The notes beneath the pieces were generated by a model that saw only the letters and a program-made list of their open reading frames with translations, ran no database searches and was not told where the DNA came from. A stretch of DNA of 25,939 bases, taken from assembly GCA_046597055.1 (NCBI GenBank), contig JBKJLC010000224.1:1-25939 (forward strand), given 5' to 3'. Positions 10,777 to 19,339 of this stretch are shown piece by piece. Every line of letters starts with the position of its first letter. Position 1 is the stretch's first letter. A program made the translations under genes and the position numbers. Origin of the DNA: Kofleriaceae bacterium (lineage in GTDB: Bacteria; Myxococcota_A; Polyangia; Haliangiales; Haliangiaceae).

Positions 10777-11538
10777 TCATGCTGCCCGCGCCAGGCGCCA
10801 GCGGGCCCGCGCCTCGCTGGCCAGCCGCGTGCTCCACGAGCGCAGCAGCACCCACGGGATCGGATGGAGCGCGGTGCCGAGGTTGATACCGCTCTTCCAC
10901 GCCGGGCCGTAGACCGGCCGCACCGGCACGTCGACCACGCGCATCGCGGCCACGTGCAGCCGGGACAGCAGATCGTTGGGATAGCCGTAGCGCGGGAACA
11001 CGCCGTCGAGCTCGACCGCCTCGAGCGCGGCGCGGCTGATCGCGGTGTAGCCGCACTGCGAGTCGAACACGTGGCGATACCCGGAGGTGAGCTTGGTCGC
11101 CGCCGACAGCACGACGTTGCCGACGATCCGCGCCGGCGGCATCGCGGTCCACACCTCGGGGTGCAGGAACCGGTTGCCCTTCACGTAGTCGGCGGTGCCG
11201 GCGGCGATCGGCCCGATCACGCCGGGCAGATCGTCGGGGTCCATCTGACCGTCGCCCGCCATCACGACCGCGACGTCGCACGCGAGCGCGAGCGCGCGTC
11301 GGTAGCCGGTGACGATGGCCGCACCGACGCCGCGATTGGCCTCGTGGGTCACCACCACGACCTCGCCGCCGCGCGCGGCGCCGGCGGCGCCGGCCCGGGC
11401 TGCGGTCGCGTCGGTCGAGGCGTCATCGATGACGATCACGTGATCGACGAAGCCGGGCACCGCGGCGACCGCCGCCGCGATCGCGTTCTCCTCGTTGTAG
11501 GCGGGGATGACGACCGCCACGCGCAACTGCAGGTACAT
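10777..11538 (-). CDS. Glycosyltransferase family 2 (DPM1-like, GT-A)
   Basis: [54 protein letters not shown]. True start at MYLQL; the upstream part of ORF 10777..12408 is the antisense shadow of ssb. Confidence 0.92.
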   Translation of the reverse strand: MYLQLRVAVVIPAYNEENAIAAAVAAVPGFVDHVIVIDDASTDATAARAGAAGAARGGEVVVVTHEANRGVGAAIVTGYRRALALACDVAVVMAGDGQMDPDDLPGVIGPIAAGTADYVKGNRFLHPEVWTAMPPARIVGNVVLSAATKLTSGYRHVFDSQCGYTAISRAALEAVELDGVFPRYGYPNDLLSRLHVAAMRVVDVPVRPVYGPAWKSGINLGTALHPIPWVLLRSWSTRLASEARARWRLARAA

Positions 11539-11766
11539 CGTCGCCGGTTGTATTCCGGTTTGCGGCGCGCTCACAAGCACGGCTTGCAGCGCGGTACCGG
11601 CCGCGTCACGCTCGGAGGGTGCGAAGCATTCGCTTCCCACCCCTTCGACCGGTGGCCCAGCGCCGCAGCGCTCCGCTCGGCTGGGCGAAGCTCTGTCGCG
11701 AGCCCGTCGAAGGGCGCGGCGGCTGTCATACAACCATGCTACGTCCGCGATCGAAGGAGCCCACCC

Positions 11767-12300
11767 ATGGCTGGCGGAGTCAATAAAGTCATCCTCATCG
11801 GACACCTCGGGGCGGACCCCGACATGCGCTACACGCCCAGTGGCGCCGGCGTCTGCGAGCTCCGCCTGGCGACCAGCGAGAGCTGGAAGGACAAGAACGG
11901 TCAGCGCCAGGAGCGCACCGAGTGGCACCGCGTCGTCGTGTGGGGCAAGACCGCCGAGATCTGCGCCAAGTATCTGGCCAAGGGTCGGCAGGTCTTCATC
12001 GAGGGGCGCATCCAGACGCGCACCTACGACGACAAGGAAGGCGTGAAGAAGTACATCACCGAGGTCATCGCCAACGACGTGCAGTTCCTCTCGGGCGGCC
12101 GCGAGGGTGGCGCCGGCGGCGGTCCCGGTGGCGGTGGCGGTGGCGGTGGCGGTGGCGGTGGCGGCAGTGGCGGCGGCGGCAGCCCTCGCCGCGGTGGCGA
12201 CGAGGGTGGTCCGCCGCCTCCCGAGCCGGACTTCGGCAGCGGTGGCGGGTACGGCGGTGGCGGCGGCAGCGGCGGTCCCGACGACGACATTCCGTTCTGA
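11767..12300 (+). CDS. ssb: Single-stranded DNA-binding protein
   Basis: [18 protein letters not shown]...[14 protein letters not shown]...[14 protein letters not shown], Gly-rich linker, acidic tip DDDIPF. GAAGGAG RBS at 11753-11759. Confidence 0.98.
   Translation: MAGGVNKVILIGHLGADPDMRYTPSGAGVCELRLATSESWKDKNGQRQERTEWHRVVVWGKTAEICAKYLAKGRQVFIEGRIQTRTYDDKEGVKKYITEVIANDVQFLSGGREGGAGGGPGGGGGGGGGGGGGSGGGGSPRRGGDEGGPPPPEPDFGSGGGYGGGGGSGGPDDDIPF
12127..12162 (+). repeat. (GGTGGC)6 tandem repeat encoding poly-Gly in the SSB linker
   Basis: Six perfect hexamer copies read directly from the sequence. Confidence 0.9.
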
Positions 12301-12318
12301 CCCGCAGCGCAGCCTCGA

Positions 12319-12513
12319 CCGCGCGTCGGTGACTGGCCGCTTCGCCGGGTCATCCCGTCGACGAGCGCAGGCATCCAACCCCGGGCTTCTACCCTCAGGG
12401 TCCGGCACAACGTTCCCGGTATCCCTGAGTGAAGGGCTCGTTGCGAGGCCGAGGTCACTGGCTGTGGCGCAAGCGCCTCATGAATTTCCGAGGCACCCTC
12501 GAAAATTCGTGAG
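12319..12513 (+). ncRNA. Candidate structured non-coding element: ~150-nt branched rod followed by a 17-bp hairpin
   Basis: Nested pairings 12325-12334/12453-12462, 12335-12338/12447-12450, 12359-12366/12436-12443, 12394-12400/12423-12429 and 12402-12405/12416-12419, plus inverted repeat 12477-12493/12497-12513. Several pairs are G-U only on the + strand. No known family recognised. Confidence 0.45.
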
Positions 12514-12575
12514 CACTACCAATTACATCCTGTCGCAGACCGACGGTCAGGCGCTCGCCCGGGCATCGCCACGCA

Positions 12576-13751
12576 TCAGCGCGGTGCCGGCGATACGACC
12601 GCGCCGGCGGCGACGTCGATCGACGCGCCGGCGAGGCTGATGCTGCCGGTGCCGCCGCCACCCCCGCCGCCGCCACGGCGGGCGCGCGTGCCCGCGAGGG
12701 GAACTTCACCCGCTGCACCGCCGGCGCCACCGATGCTGCCCATGCCCTGACCTGCGCCGCCCGCCGCCGGGCTCGCGCTGGGCCGCCCGTGCTCGCCGGG
12801 AAGCGCGGGGCTGCCGTCGCTGCCACCGCCACCGCCGCCGCCGTTGGCCGCGAGGACCGCCCCGGCGCCGAGCGCGATCGACGTCGCCGCCAGGCGGATG
12901 ACGCCACCGGAGCCACCGCCGCCACCGCCGCCGCGGCCGCCCCGGGCCGCGCCGCCGCCGGCCCCGCCGGCCAGGATCGCGCCGTCGACCCGCAGGTCCT
13001 CGCGGGCCGCGAGGTACAGGGCGCCGCCGCCTGCGCCACCGGCGCCCGCGAGCGGGTTGCCACCGGCGGCACCCGGGCACCCGCCGCGCACCACGATGGT
13101 GGGCGTGGCGGCGCCGCCGATCCCCGCGCTTGCCAGGCCGTCGTTGCCTGCGCCACCCGCGGCCCCGGCGGTGCCGAGGCCGCCGCCGCCGCCACCCCCC
13201 GAGCCCTCGGTGTCGGCCGTGCCCACGGTTGCCGTCGCGCTCGCGCAGGCCGCGGGATCGGCGCCGGCCGCGGGTGCATCCGCCCGGCTGGTCGCGTCCA
13301 GCGTGCCCTCGACGTGCGCGCTCGCCCACGACGCCAGCACCAGTGGACGTTCGCCGCGGACCCGCAAAGTCGCCCCGGGCGCGAGCGCGAACCCCTCGAT
13401 CGACACCACCCGCAGCTCGGGACCCTCGGCCGGGACGAGCAGCACGCTCGCGGGGAACGTGACGTCCTGGTCCGGATCGGTCAGCGCGCCGCTGTTGGTG
13501 TCGAGCGTCCAGATCCCCGCGCCGAGCGCGAGCGCGAGGCTCGGGGCCGGCAGCAAACAGGCGTCGAGGTTCGCGGGTGCGAACGCCCACGCGTCGCAGC
13601 GGGGCCCGCTCGTCCCGGCATCGACGACGCCGTCGTCATCCCCGGTCGCGGCGGGGTCGGACTCGACGAGCTCGACCAGCGCGCGGCAGCCCGAGGTGGT
13701 CGTCGCCAACGCGCACAGGGCGAGCACCGCGCGGATCGGGCCCGGTCTCAC
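12576..13751 (-). CDS. Glycine-rich secreted lipoprotein
   Basis: GTG start overlaps the upstream stop (GTGA). Signal peptide RAVLALCALATTTSGC, then repeated Gly tracts ([58 protein letters not shown]). This is the C-terminal part of ORF 12576..15035. Confidence 0.82.
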   Translation of the reverse strand: MRPGPIRAVLALCALATTTSGCRALVELVESDPAATGDDDGVVDAGTSGPRCDAWAFAPANLDACLLPAPSLALALGAGIWTLDTNSGALTDPDQDVTFPASVLLVPAEGPELRVVSIEGFALAPGATLRVRGERPLVLASWASAHVEGTLDATSRADAPAAGADPAACASATATVGTADTEGSGGGGGGGLGTAGAAGGAGNDGLASAGIGGAATPTIVVRGGCPGAAGGNPLAGAGGAGGGALYLAAREDLRVDGAILAGGAGGGAARGGRGGGGGGGSGGVIRLAATSIALGAGAVLAANGGGGGGGSDGSPALPGEHGRPSASPAAGGAGQGMGSIGGAGGAAGEVPLAGTRARRGGGGGGGGTGSISLAGASIDVAAGAVVSPAPR

Positions 13752-15004
13752 GGGCGCGCTCCGTGGGCGCGCCGGATCGTCGCCGACAGCGGGGGCGGCC
13801 GGGTCAGGCGCCACGCGGTGATCACCGCGGCGGTGCCGAGGATGAACAGGCCGTCCGCGACCAGCGCGCGGGTCTTGCCGCGGTCGTGATCGGCCGGCAT
13901 CGGGCTGCCGACATCGCGGAGGGCGAGCACCCCCACGACCCCGCCGGCGGCGAGCCCGGCGACGCCGAGCCCGCCGAGCCCCCACCGGAGCGACGTCCGC
14001 GGCGTGGCCCGCGGCAGCCGGAGATCGATCGTGACCGCCTCGCCGGGCGCGAGCGCGAGCGACGCGCGCCACGGTGCGTGGCCGGCGCGCTCGACCCGAA
14101 CCTCGCGGCTCCCCGCGTCGATGGCACCGAGCGCGAGCTGGCCGGCGTCGAGCGGGGTCGTCCCGACCGCCACTCCGTCCACGGTCACGGTGGCGCCCGC
14201 GAGCCCAGCGATCACGAGCGACGCCGGCGCCGCCGCGGTGCGCAGGCGCACCCGCTGCGTGTGGGTCCGGCCGGCGATCGCATCGATCTCGATCTGCTCG
14301 GCGTGGTACCCGACGCGCCGCACGGTGACCACGTGGCGACCCGGTCGCACCACGACCTCGAGCCGGCCGCGCGCCGGCGCGCCGCTCCGGTCGAGCTCGA
14401 TCAGCGCGTCGGGCGGCTCCACCTGGATCTCGATCGCCGCGGGTTGCGGCAGCTCGACGCGGAGCGCGATCAGCCCGGCGGGCGTGACCTCGACGGTGCG
14501 CTCGACCGCCACCGCCTCGGCGGTGGTGAGCCGGACGACGTGCGCGCCCGGCTCGAGCGTCAGGATCACGGGCGTGACCCCACGCGGCGTGCGCTCGCCG
14601 TCGATCTGCACCGCCGCGCCGGGCGGGTCCGACTCGATCGAGAGGCGCCCGCGGAGCTGCCCCCGCAGGGCCTCGAGGCGGGCCCGCGCCTTCACGACGA
14701 GCGCCGCGTCGCGCGACTCGGCGCGGGCGAGGAACGCGCGGTAGCTGTCGATCGCGGCGGCGTCCTGGCCGAGCTCCTCCTGGCACGTCGCGATGTTGAA
14801 CAGCGTGCGCGGCCGGGCGGACAGCTCGAGCGACCGCCGGTAGTGGACCAGCGCCGTCTGGCAGTCCCTGGCCTGCAGGGCCTGATAGCCGAGCCGGAAC
14901 TCGCGCTCGGCCTCGGACCCACCGGGCTGCGCGTGGGCGGCCCCGAGGCCCACGATGACCGCGACGATGGCCGCGACCAGCGGCCCGCGCCAGCCACGGC
15001 TCAC
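13748..15004 (-). CDS. TPR + multiple PEGA domain membrane/secreted protein
   Basis: Signal peptide (AAHA/Q), TPR helices (FRLGYQAL...ALVHYRRS...LFNIATCQEELG), about three PEGA repeats (IESDPPGAAVQIDG; VEPPDALIELD; GATVTVDGVAVGTTP), two C-terminal hydrophobic segments. Start 15004 or 15007. Confidence 0.88.
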   Translation of the reverse strand: MSRGWRGPLVAAIVAVIVGLGAAHAQPGGSEAEREFRLGYQALQARDCQTALVHYRRSLELSARPRTLFNIATCQEELGQDAAAIDSYRAFLARAESRDAALVVKARARLEALRGQLRGRLSIESDPPGAAVQIDGERTPRGVTPVILTLEPGAHVVRLTTAEAVAVERTVEVTPAGLIALRVELPQPAAIEIQVEPPDALIELDRSGAPARGRLEVVVRPGRHVVTVRRVGYHAEQIEIDAIAGRTHTQRVRLRTAAAPASLVIAGLAGATVTVDGVAVGTTPLDAGQLALGAIDAGSREVRVERAGHAPWRASLALAPGEAVTIDLRLPRATPRTSLRWGLGGLGVAGLAAGGVVGVLALRDVGSPMPADHDRGKTRALVADGLFILGTAAVITAWRLTRPPPLSATIRRAHGARP

Positions 15005-16689
15005 CACTCCTCGACCCCCAGCGCGGCGGCGCCACGCGGCGGCCGGCGGTTCGCCACCGGCACCGGCACCAGCGCGACGTCGACGTGCTCGCGTCCGCTC
15101 GCGACGACCACGAGTCGCGGCCGGTGGCCGGGCGCGGTGACGGTGACCGGCTGCGCCGGGTGGTCGTCGTCGAGCGCGAGCTCGAGCGGCGTGATCCCGA
15201 GGCGCCGACCGTCGCGATGCACGGCGGCGCCCGGCGGTGTCGAGGTCAGCCGAACCATGCGGAGGCCGCGGGCCGCCGGCCCGGGCGCGGGCGCGGGGGC
15301 CGCGCCCGGGATCAGGACCGGGACCAGGACCGGGATTGGCGCGCGCACCTCGGCCTCGGCCTCGCTCGGCGTGGGCGGCCGCGCCGCCAGCTCACCGTCT
15401 TCTCGACGCCAGACGCCAACCGCCGCGACGGTCGCGATCGCGACCGCGCCCAGCGCGAGCCCGACCCCGCGGCGCCAGCCTGCCGCGCGCGCGCGCGTGA
15501 GCTCGGACGCGGACGGCATGGTTTCCGGACGGGTCAGCTCGCCCGTGATCGCGGTGACGTTCTCGGCCGCGGCCGGATCGATCGCGCGCAGGCACGCGAG
15601 GATCGCTTCGCAGAGCTCGTCCATGGAGTCGAACCGGCGCGACCGCTCGGCCGCGATCGCGCGGACCACCAGCGCGTCGAGCCCGGGACAGCCCGCCAGC
15701 TCCGGGCGCAGGACCGACGGCGCCACCCGCGGCGCCCTCGCGTGCGCGACGAGGGTCGCGAGGGGGTCCGGACCGGCGAAGGGCCGCGCGCCGACCACCA
15801 TCTCGAACAGGACCACGCCGAGCGCGTAGACATCGCACCGTGCGTCCAGCTCCTCGCCGCGCGCCTGCTCGGGCGCCATGTAGCTCGGGGTGCCCACGAC
15901 CGACGACGCGCTGGTCACGTTGGTGTAGTCGCCCGCGGCCCGGGTCAGCTTCGAGATGCCGAAGTCGATGATCTTGACCGACTCGTCTCCGTCCGATCGC
16001 CGGACCAGGAACACGTTGGACGGCTTGAGATCGCGGTGGAGTACGCCGACCCGATGCGCGGCGGCGAGCCCGCGCGCGCACTGCGCGGCGATGACGAGCG
16101 CACGTCCGGGCGGCAGCCGCCGCTCGGACGCGAGCGCCTCGGCGAGATCGCGGCCATCGAGGCACTCCATGATCATGAAGTGACTGCCGTCGGTGTCGAC
16201 GTCGAAGTCGGCGACCTGGACGATGTGAGGGTGGCGGACTCGACTGGTCGCGATCGCCTCGCGGTGGAAGCGCGTGACCAGCTCGGCGCTGGTCGTGGCG
16301 GCCGGCGACAGGACCTTGACCGCGACCCGGTCGCCGGTCAGCTGGTCGTCGGCGGCGAACACCGCGCCGTAGCCACCGACCCCGAGCTGTCGGCTCAGCC
16401 GGTACCGCTGGCCGAGCACCAGTCCTCGGCCCGGCGTGCGCATGCGCGCCAGCTCGGTCGAGCCCAGCGCCCGCGGGGTGTCGGACCGGCGGACCTCACC
16501 GCTCACGGGATCTGTCCCTTCCGACCGGGCGACCTTGAACGGCGTCACGACCGCCCGGCCACGCACCTCGACGTCGGTGAACGTGCCGGGGTCGCTGCCA
16601 TCGATCCAGGGCCGGAGCGCGCGCGCGTGCACCCGGCAGCGGGGCACGCGGTCCGGATACACCTCCCCACATTCAGGGCAGACTCTCAC
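15001..16689 (-). CDS. Transmembrane Hanks-type Ser/Thr protein kinase with C-terminal PEGA domain
   Basis: LGVGGYGAVF, VAVK, HRDLKPSN, DFG, GTPSYMAPE, DVYALG. TM segment GVGLALGAVAIATVAAVGVW, PEGA segment LTSTPPGAAV...LGITP, N-terminal CPEC..C.VH zinc-ribbon-like start. Confidence 0.95.
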   Translation of the reverse strand: MRVCPECGEVYPDRVPRCRVHARALRPWIDGSDPGTFTDVEVRGRAVVTPFKVARSEGTDPVSGEVRRSDTPRALGSTELARMRTPGRGLVLGQRYRLSRQLGVGGYGAVFAADDQLTGDRVAVKVLSPAATTSAELVTRFHREAIATSRVRHPHIVQVADFDVDTDGSHFMIMECLDGRDLAEALASERRLPPGRALVIAAQCARGLAAAHRVGVLHRDLKPSNVFLVRRSDGDESVKIIDFGISKLTRAAGDYTNVTSASSVVGTPSYMAPEQARGEELDARCDVYALGVVLFEMVVGARPFAGPDPLATLVAHARAPRVAPSVLRPELAGCPGLDALVVRAIAAERSRRFDSMDELCEAILACLRAIDPAAAENVTAITGELTRPETMPSASELTRARAAGWRRGVGLALGAVAIATVAAVGVWRREDGELAARPPTPSEAEAEVRAPIPVLVPVLIPGAAPAPAPGPAARGLRMVRLTSTPPGAAVHRDGRRLGITPLELALDDDHPAQPVTVTAPGHRPRLVVVASGREHVDVALVPVPVANRRPPRGAAALGVEEW

Positions 16690-17004
16690 CGTTGCTCACG
16701 GGGTATGGGCCTCGTCATCCGCACCCCCGCCGTCCGCTGCAACACGTGAACCACGCCGATCCCGGTGGTCGACGGCGAAGCGCGTGACGCAGCGCCAGGT
16801 TCGGGTACCGGCTCCAGGGCCATCGGTCGCCGGTCTGGGGACGCCGGCCCCACGCATGGGTCCGTGGTGACTCCTGGCCCGAGGCAAACGACCACGGGGC
16901 GGCTTCTGGATGTAAGGCCAGCCCATTCATCCACGCACGCCGAGCGCGACGGGCCCTTACGATCGTGCCTATGGTCAGCGCGACGCGCGCACGGCGCGGG
17001 ACAC

Positions 17005-17640
17005 TCAGATCGGGGCGGACGCGACCCGCCGCAGGAACGGCAGCACCTGGCGCGAGGTCAGGTCCTCGACCAGCTGGCGGGTGCAGTCCTGGATCGCGCG
17101 CTCGAGCTGGGCGCGACTGGGGCCTGCCGTCACGTTGCCGGTGCCGCTCGCGTGGGCGGTCGAGCCGGCAGCCCAGCGCTCGTCACCGTCGGTTCCGTTC
17201 CACGGCGAGATCGTCACGCTGACCTGACAGGCGATGTGCACGCGCGCGCCGCGCTTCATGACGTCGACCTGCGTGACGCTCGAGGCGACCGCGAAGGCGC
17301 GCGAGTGGCGCGTGCGCAGCTCGGCGGAGGTCGGCAGCGGGCCCGGCCACGACGTGGCGTAGCCGGTCTGCTGCACGGTGTCCTCGACCAGGTTGGTCAG
17401 CCGCGCGACCTCGTGCGGCGGAAGGCGACCGGTCTGGTCGGTGGTCACGTCGACATTGATGAAGATCGGCGGCGCTGTGGTCGCGGCGTAGGTCGGTGTC
17501 TGGTGGTGGGCCCCGTGCGGGCGGGCGTGCCCAGCGTGCGGGCTCGTCTCGTCGGAAACTGGAAGGCTCGCGCAGCCAGCACCGAGACCCAGCAGCAAGC
17601 TGTTGATCGTCAACGGAATCATTGGATGGAACGTCGACAT
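17005..17640 (-). CDS. Hypothetical lipoprotein
   Basis: Hydrophobic N-terminus ending LGLGAGC, then a globular alpha/beta region with two Cys. GGAAGG upstream. Start 17640 or 17622; C-terminal part of ORF 17005..18273. Confidence 0.68.
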   Translation of the reverse strand: MSTFHPMIPLTINSLLLGLGAGCASLPVSDETSPHAGHARPHGAHHQTPTYAATTAPPIFINVDVTTDQTGRLPPHEVARLTNLVEDTVQQTGYATSWPGPLPTSAELRTRHSRAFAVASSVTQVDVMKRGARVHIACQVSVTISPWNGTDGDERWAAGSTAHASGTGNVTAGPSRAQLERAIQDCTRQLVEDLTSRQVLPFLRRVASAPI

Positions 17641-17738
17641 CGGCCTGCCTTCCGCCCGTCCCTTGTGCGATCGGCATGCCACCCAGCCCTGTGCTGGCTC
17701 GCCACCGCGGGCGCTCGCGCACACGGAACGTGGCCGGT

Positions 17739-18230
17739 TCAGGGCGCGGCGGGCTTCGCGCGGTACGCCGCGAGGTTCGCCGCAGCGGTGCGCCTCACCT
17801 TGTTGCGCACGAACGGCGTCCACCCGAGCAGCAGCCCCATCGTGCCGAGCGCCTGGCGCGCCCAGCGGTGAAAGCCGAAGCTGTCGCGCTGGCGGGTGAT
17901 GCGCCCGCTGGCCACGGTGAGCTCCGACGTCACGCGATTGACCACGGCCCGGCCGGTCCCGGTGAAGGTGTAGCGGGCGGTCCAGCGAGCGGTCGCCCGC
18001 TCGCCGTCGACCTCGAGTCCATCGAGCGACACCGCGAGGTCGGTGGCGCGGCCCGTGAGCATGCGCCACATCGCACGCACCCCAGGCCCGTCGAGCGCCG
18101 GGAAGACGGGATCGGCGAAGGTCGCGTCGTCCGCGTAGCAGGCGGCCATCCCGTCGCCATCGCGGGCGGCGAAGCACCGGTACAGGCGCTCGACGACCTC
18201 GCGGGTCGCGGCGCTGGCGGCGGCGCTCAC
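17739..18230 (-). CDS. SnoaL-like / NTF2-family protein
   Basis: VVERLYRCFAARDGDGMAACYADDATFADPVF...MWRML...ARWTARYTF...VVN...QRDSF...WARQALG. GTG start overlaps the upstream stop (GTGA). Confidence 0.9.
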   Translation of the reverse strand: MSAAASAATREVVERLYRCFAARDGDGMAACYADDATFADPVFPALDGPGVRAMWRMLTGRATDLAVSLDGLEVDGERATARWTARYTFTGTGRAVVNRVTSELTVASGRITRQRDSFGFHRWARQALGTMGLLLGWTPFVRNKVRRTAAANLAAYRAKPAAP

Positions 18231-19279
18231 GTGCGCCGGGCGAGCTTGGGGGCCGAGGGGGTCCGGCGCGCAAGGCGGGTCGCCGGTGGCGGGGTCGGTC
18301 GGGCCCGCGGCCGCGGCGCGCGGACGACCTTGTTGAGCCGCTCGGCCTGCAGCCGCAGCGCGCGCCGCATGCCGGCCTTGCCGCCGACCTGACCGAGGGT
18401 CATCCCGTACATGCCGTCGATGCCGCGGACCGCGATGACCCACATGGTCAGCAGGATCGCCATGTCGGCGGCCGCGCGCCGGGTCGCCGCGGCCGGGATG
18501 ACCAGGCCGTAGGTGTCGGAGACAAAGCGGAAGTTCTTGAGGATCTTCACGATCTCGTCGCGATCGATGTCGCCGTGCCAGAAGGCGACCCGCGACACGA
18601 TCAGCTCCTGGTGACGGCGCAGGAACTCGGCCATCGACAGGGGATCGGCGATGCGGCCCGAGGGCGGCTTGCAGATCTCGAGGAGGTCCTCGAGGTACTC
18701 GTTCCAGTACATCGCCAGGCTCCGGTTCTCGGGGCGGCGGAGATACTTGATGCGCTCGATCGAGAAGTCGGCCTTCACCGAGCTCCGGAAGCGCGGGACG
18801 ATCGCGTGCAGGTCGTAGAGCACCGGCGGGTTGTCGCGATCGAAGTCGACGTCGTCGTAGTGCCAGCGGGTGCGCAGCTGGGGCCAGGTGTGGATGGTGA
18901 GGACCGGATCCTGCTCCGAGTCGATCACCAGGAACCGGCGGTCTTCGTAGCCGACCACGGTGATCCAGTGGGTCCACTCGTCCACGCACAGGAGGACGGG
19001 CGTCTGGTCGCGCAGCGACTTCACCAGGCGCTTGCGGGCCTCCTCGGCATCGTTGCATCGGGCGAGGACCAGGTCGCAATCGAACGCGCGCGCCGCGCGG
19101 GCGAGCCGGATCTCGTTGGTGCCACCCCACCAGTGGGTGCGGGCGGTCTGCGCGATGTCACCGGCCTCGACCATGCGGCCGAGGGTGACCATCGCGTGCT
19201 TGAGAGCGAACGGACCACAGGTCCACTCGTTGGGTTGCGGGTAGAAGCCGGGCCGGTGCGAGTCGACGACGCGGGGCAT
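18227..19279 (-). CDS. Stand-alone peptidase C39-like (papain-fold) protein with C-terminal domain of unknown function
   Basis: QPNEWTCGPFAL (Q...C), GGT, HWITVVGY, FLVIDS give a Cys-His-Asp triad layout. Start placed at MPRVVD because upstream 19280-19354 is AT-rich and looks non-coding. Confidence 0.78.
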   Translation of the reverse strand: MPRVVDSHRPGFYPQPNEWTCGPFALKHAMVTLGRMVEAGDIAQTARTHWWGGTNEIRLARAARAFDCDLVLARCNDAEEARKRLVKSLRDQTPVLLCVDEWTHWITVVGYEDRRFLVIDSEQDPVLTIHTWPQLRTRWHYDDVDFDRDNPPVLYDLHAIVPRFRSSVKADFSIERIKYLRRPENRSLAMYWNEYLEDLLEICKPPSGRIADPLSMAEFLRRHQELIVSRVAFWHGDIDRDEIVKILKNFRFVSDTYGLVIPAAATRRAAADMAILLTMWVIAVRGIDGMYGMTLGQVGGKAGMRRALRLQAERLNKVVRAPRPRARPTPPPATRLARRTPSAPKLARRT

Positions 19280-19339
19280 GGGACGTCCGAAATGTATCTG
19301 CTGAAGGGCCTCACGCCAGACTTCGTATGGGGCTTTGCG

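Noticed and set aside
10612..12408. Apparent long N-terminal extensions of ssb (10612..12300) and GT2 (10777..12408), implying overlapping divergent genes
   Set aside because: Artefact of first-start ORF calling. The real starts are 11767 (with RBS) and 11538, leaving a 228-bp divergent intergenic region.
12301..12575. Assignment of the post-ssb element as SRP RNA, tmRNA, 6S RNA, RNase P RNA, attC site or complete retron
   Set aside because: TCAGGGTCCGG resembles SRP, but the GGAAGGAAGCAGC core is absent. There are no tRNA-like ends, no GAGGAAAGTCC, no RYYYAAC/GTTRRRY pair bounding the hairpin, and no reverse transcriptase gene in the window.
16686..16934. Small ORFs of 71-82 aa upstream of the kinase
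   Set aside because: Three overlapping frames with no motif or clear host-like codon pattern; more likely non-coding.
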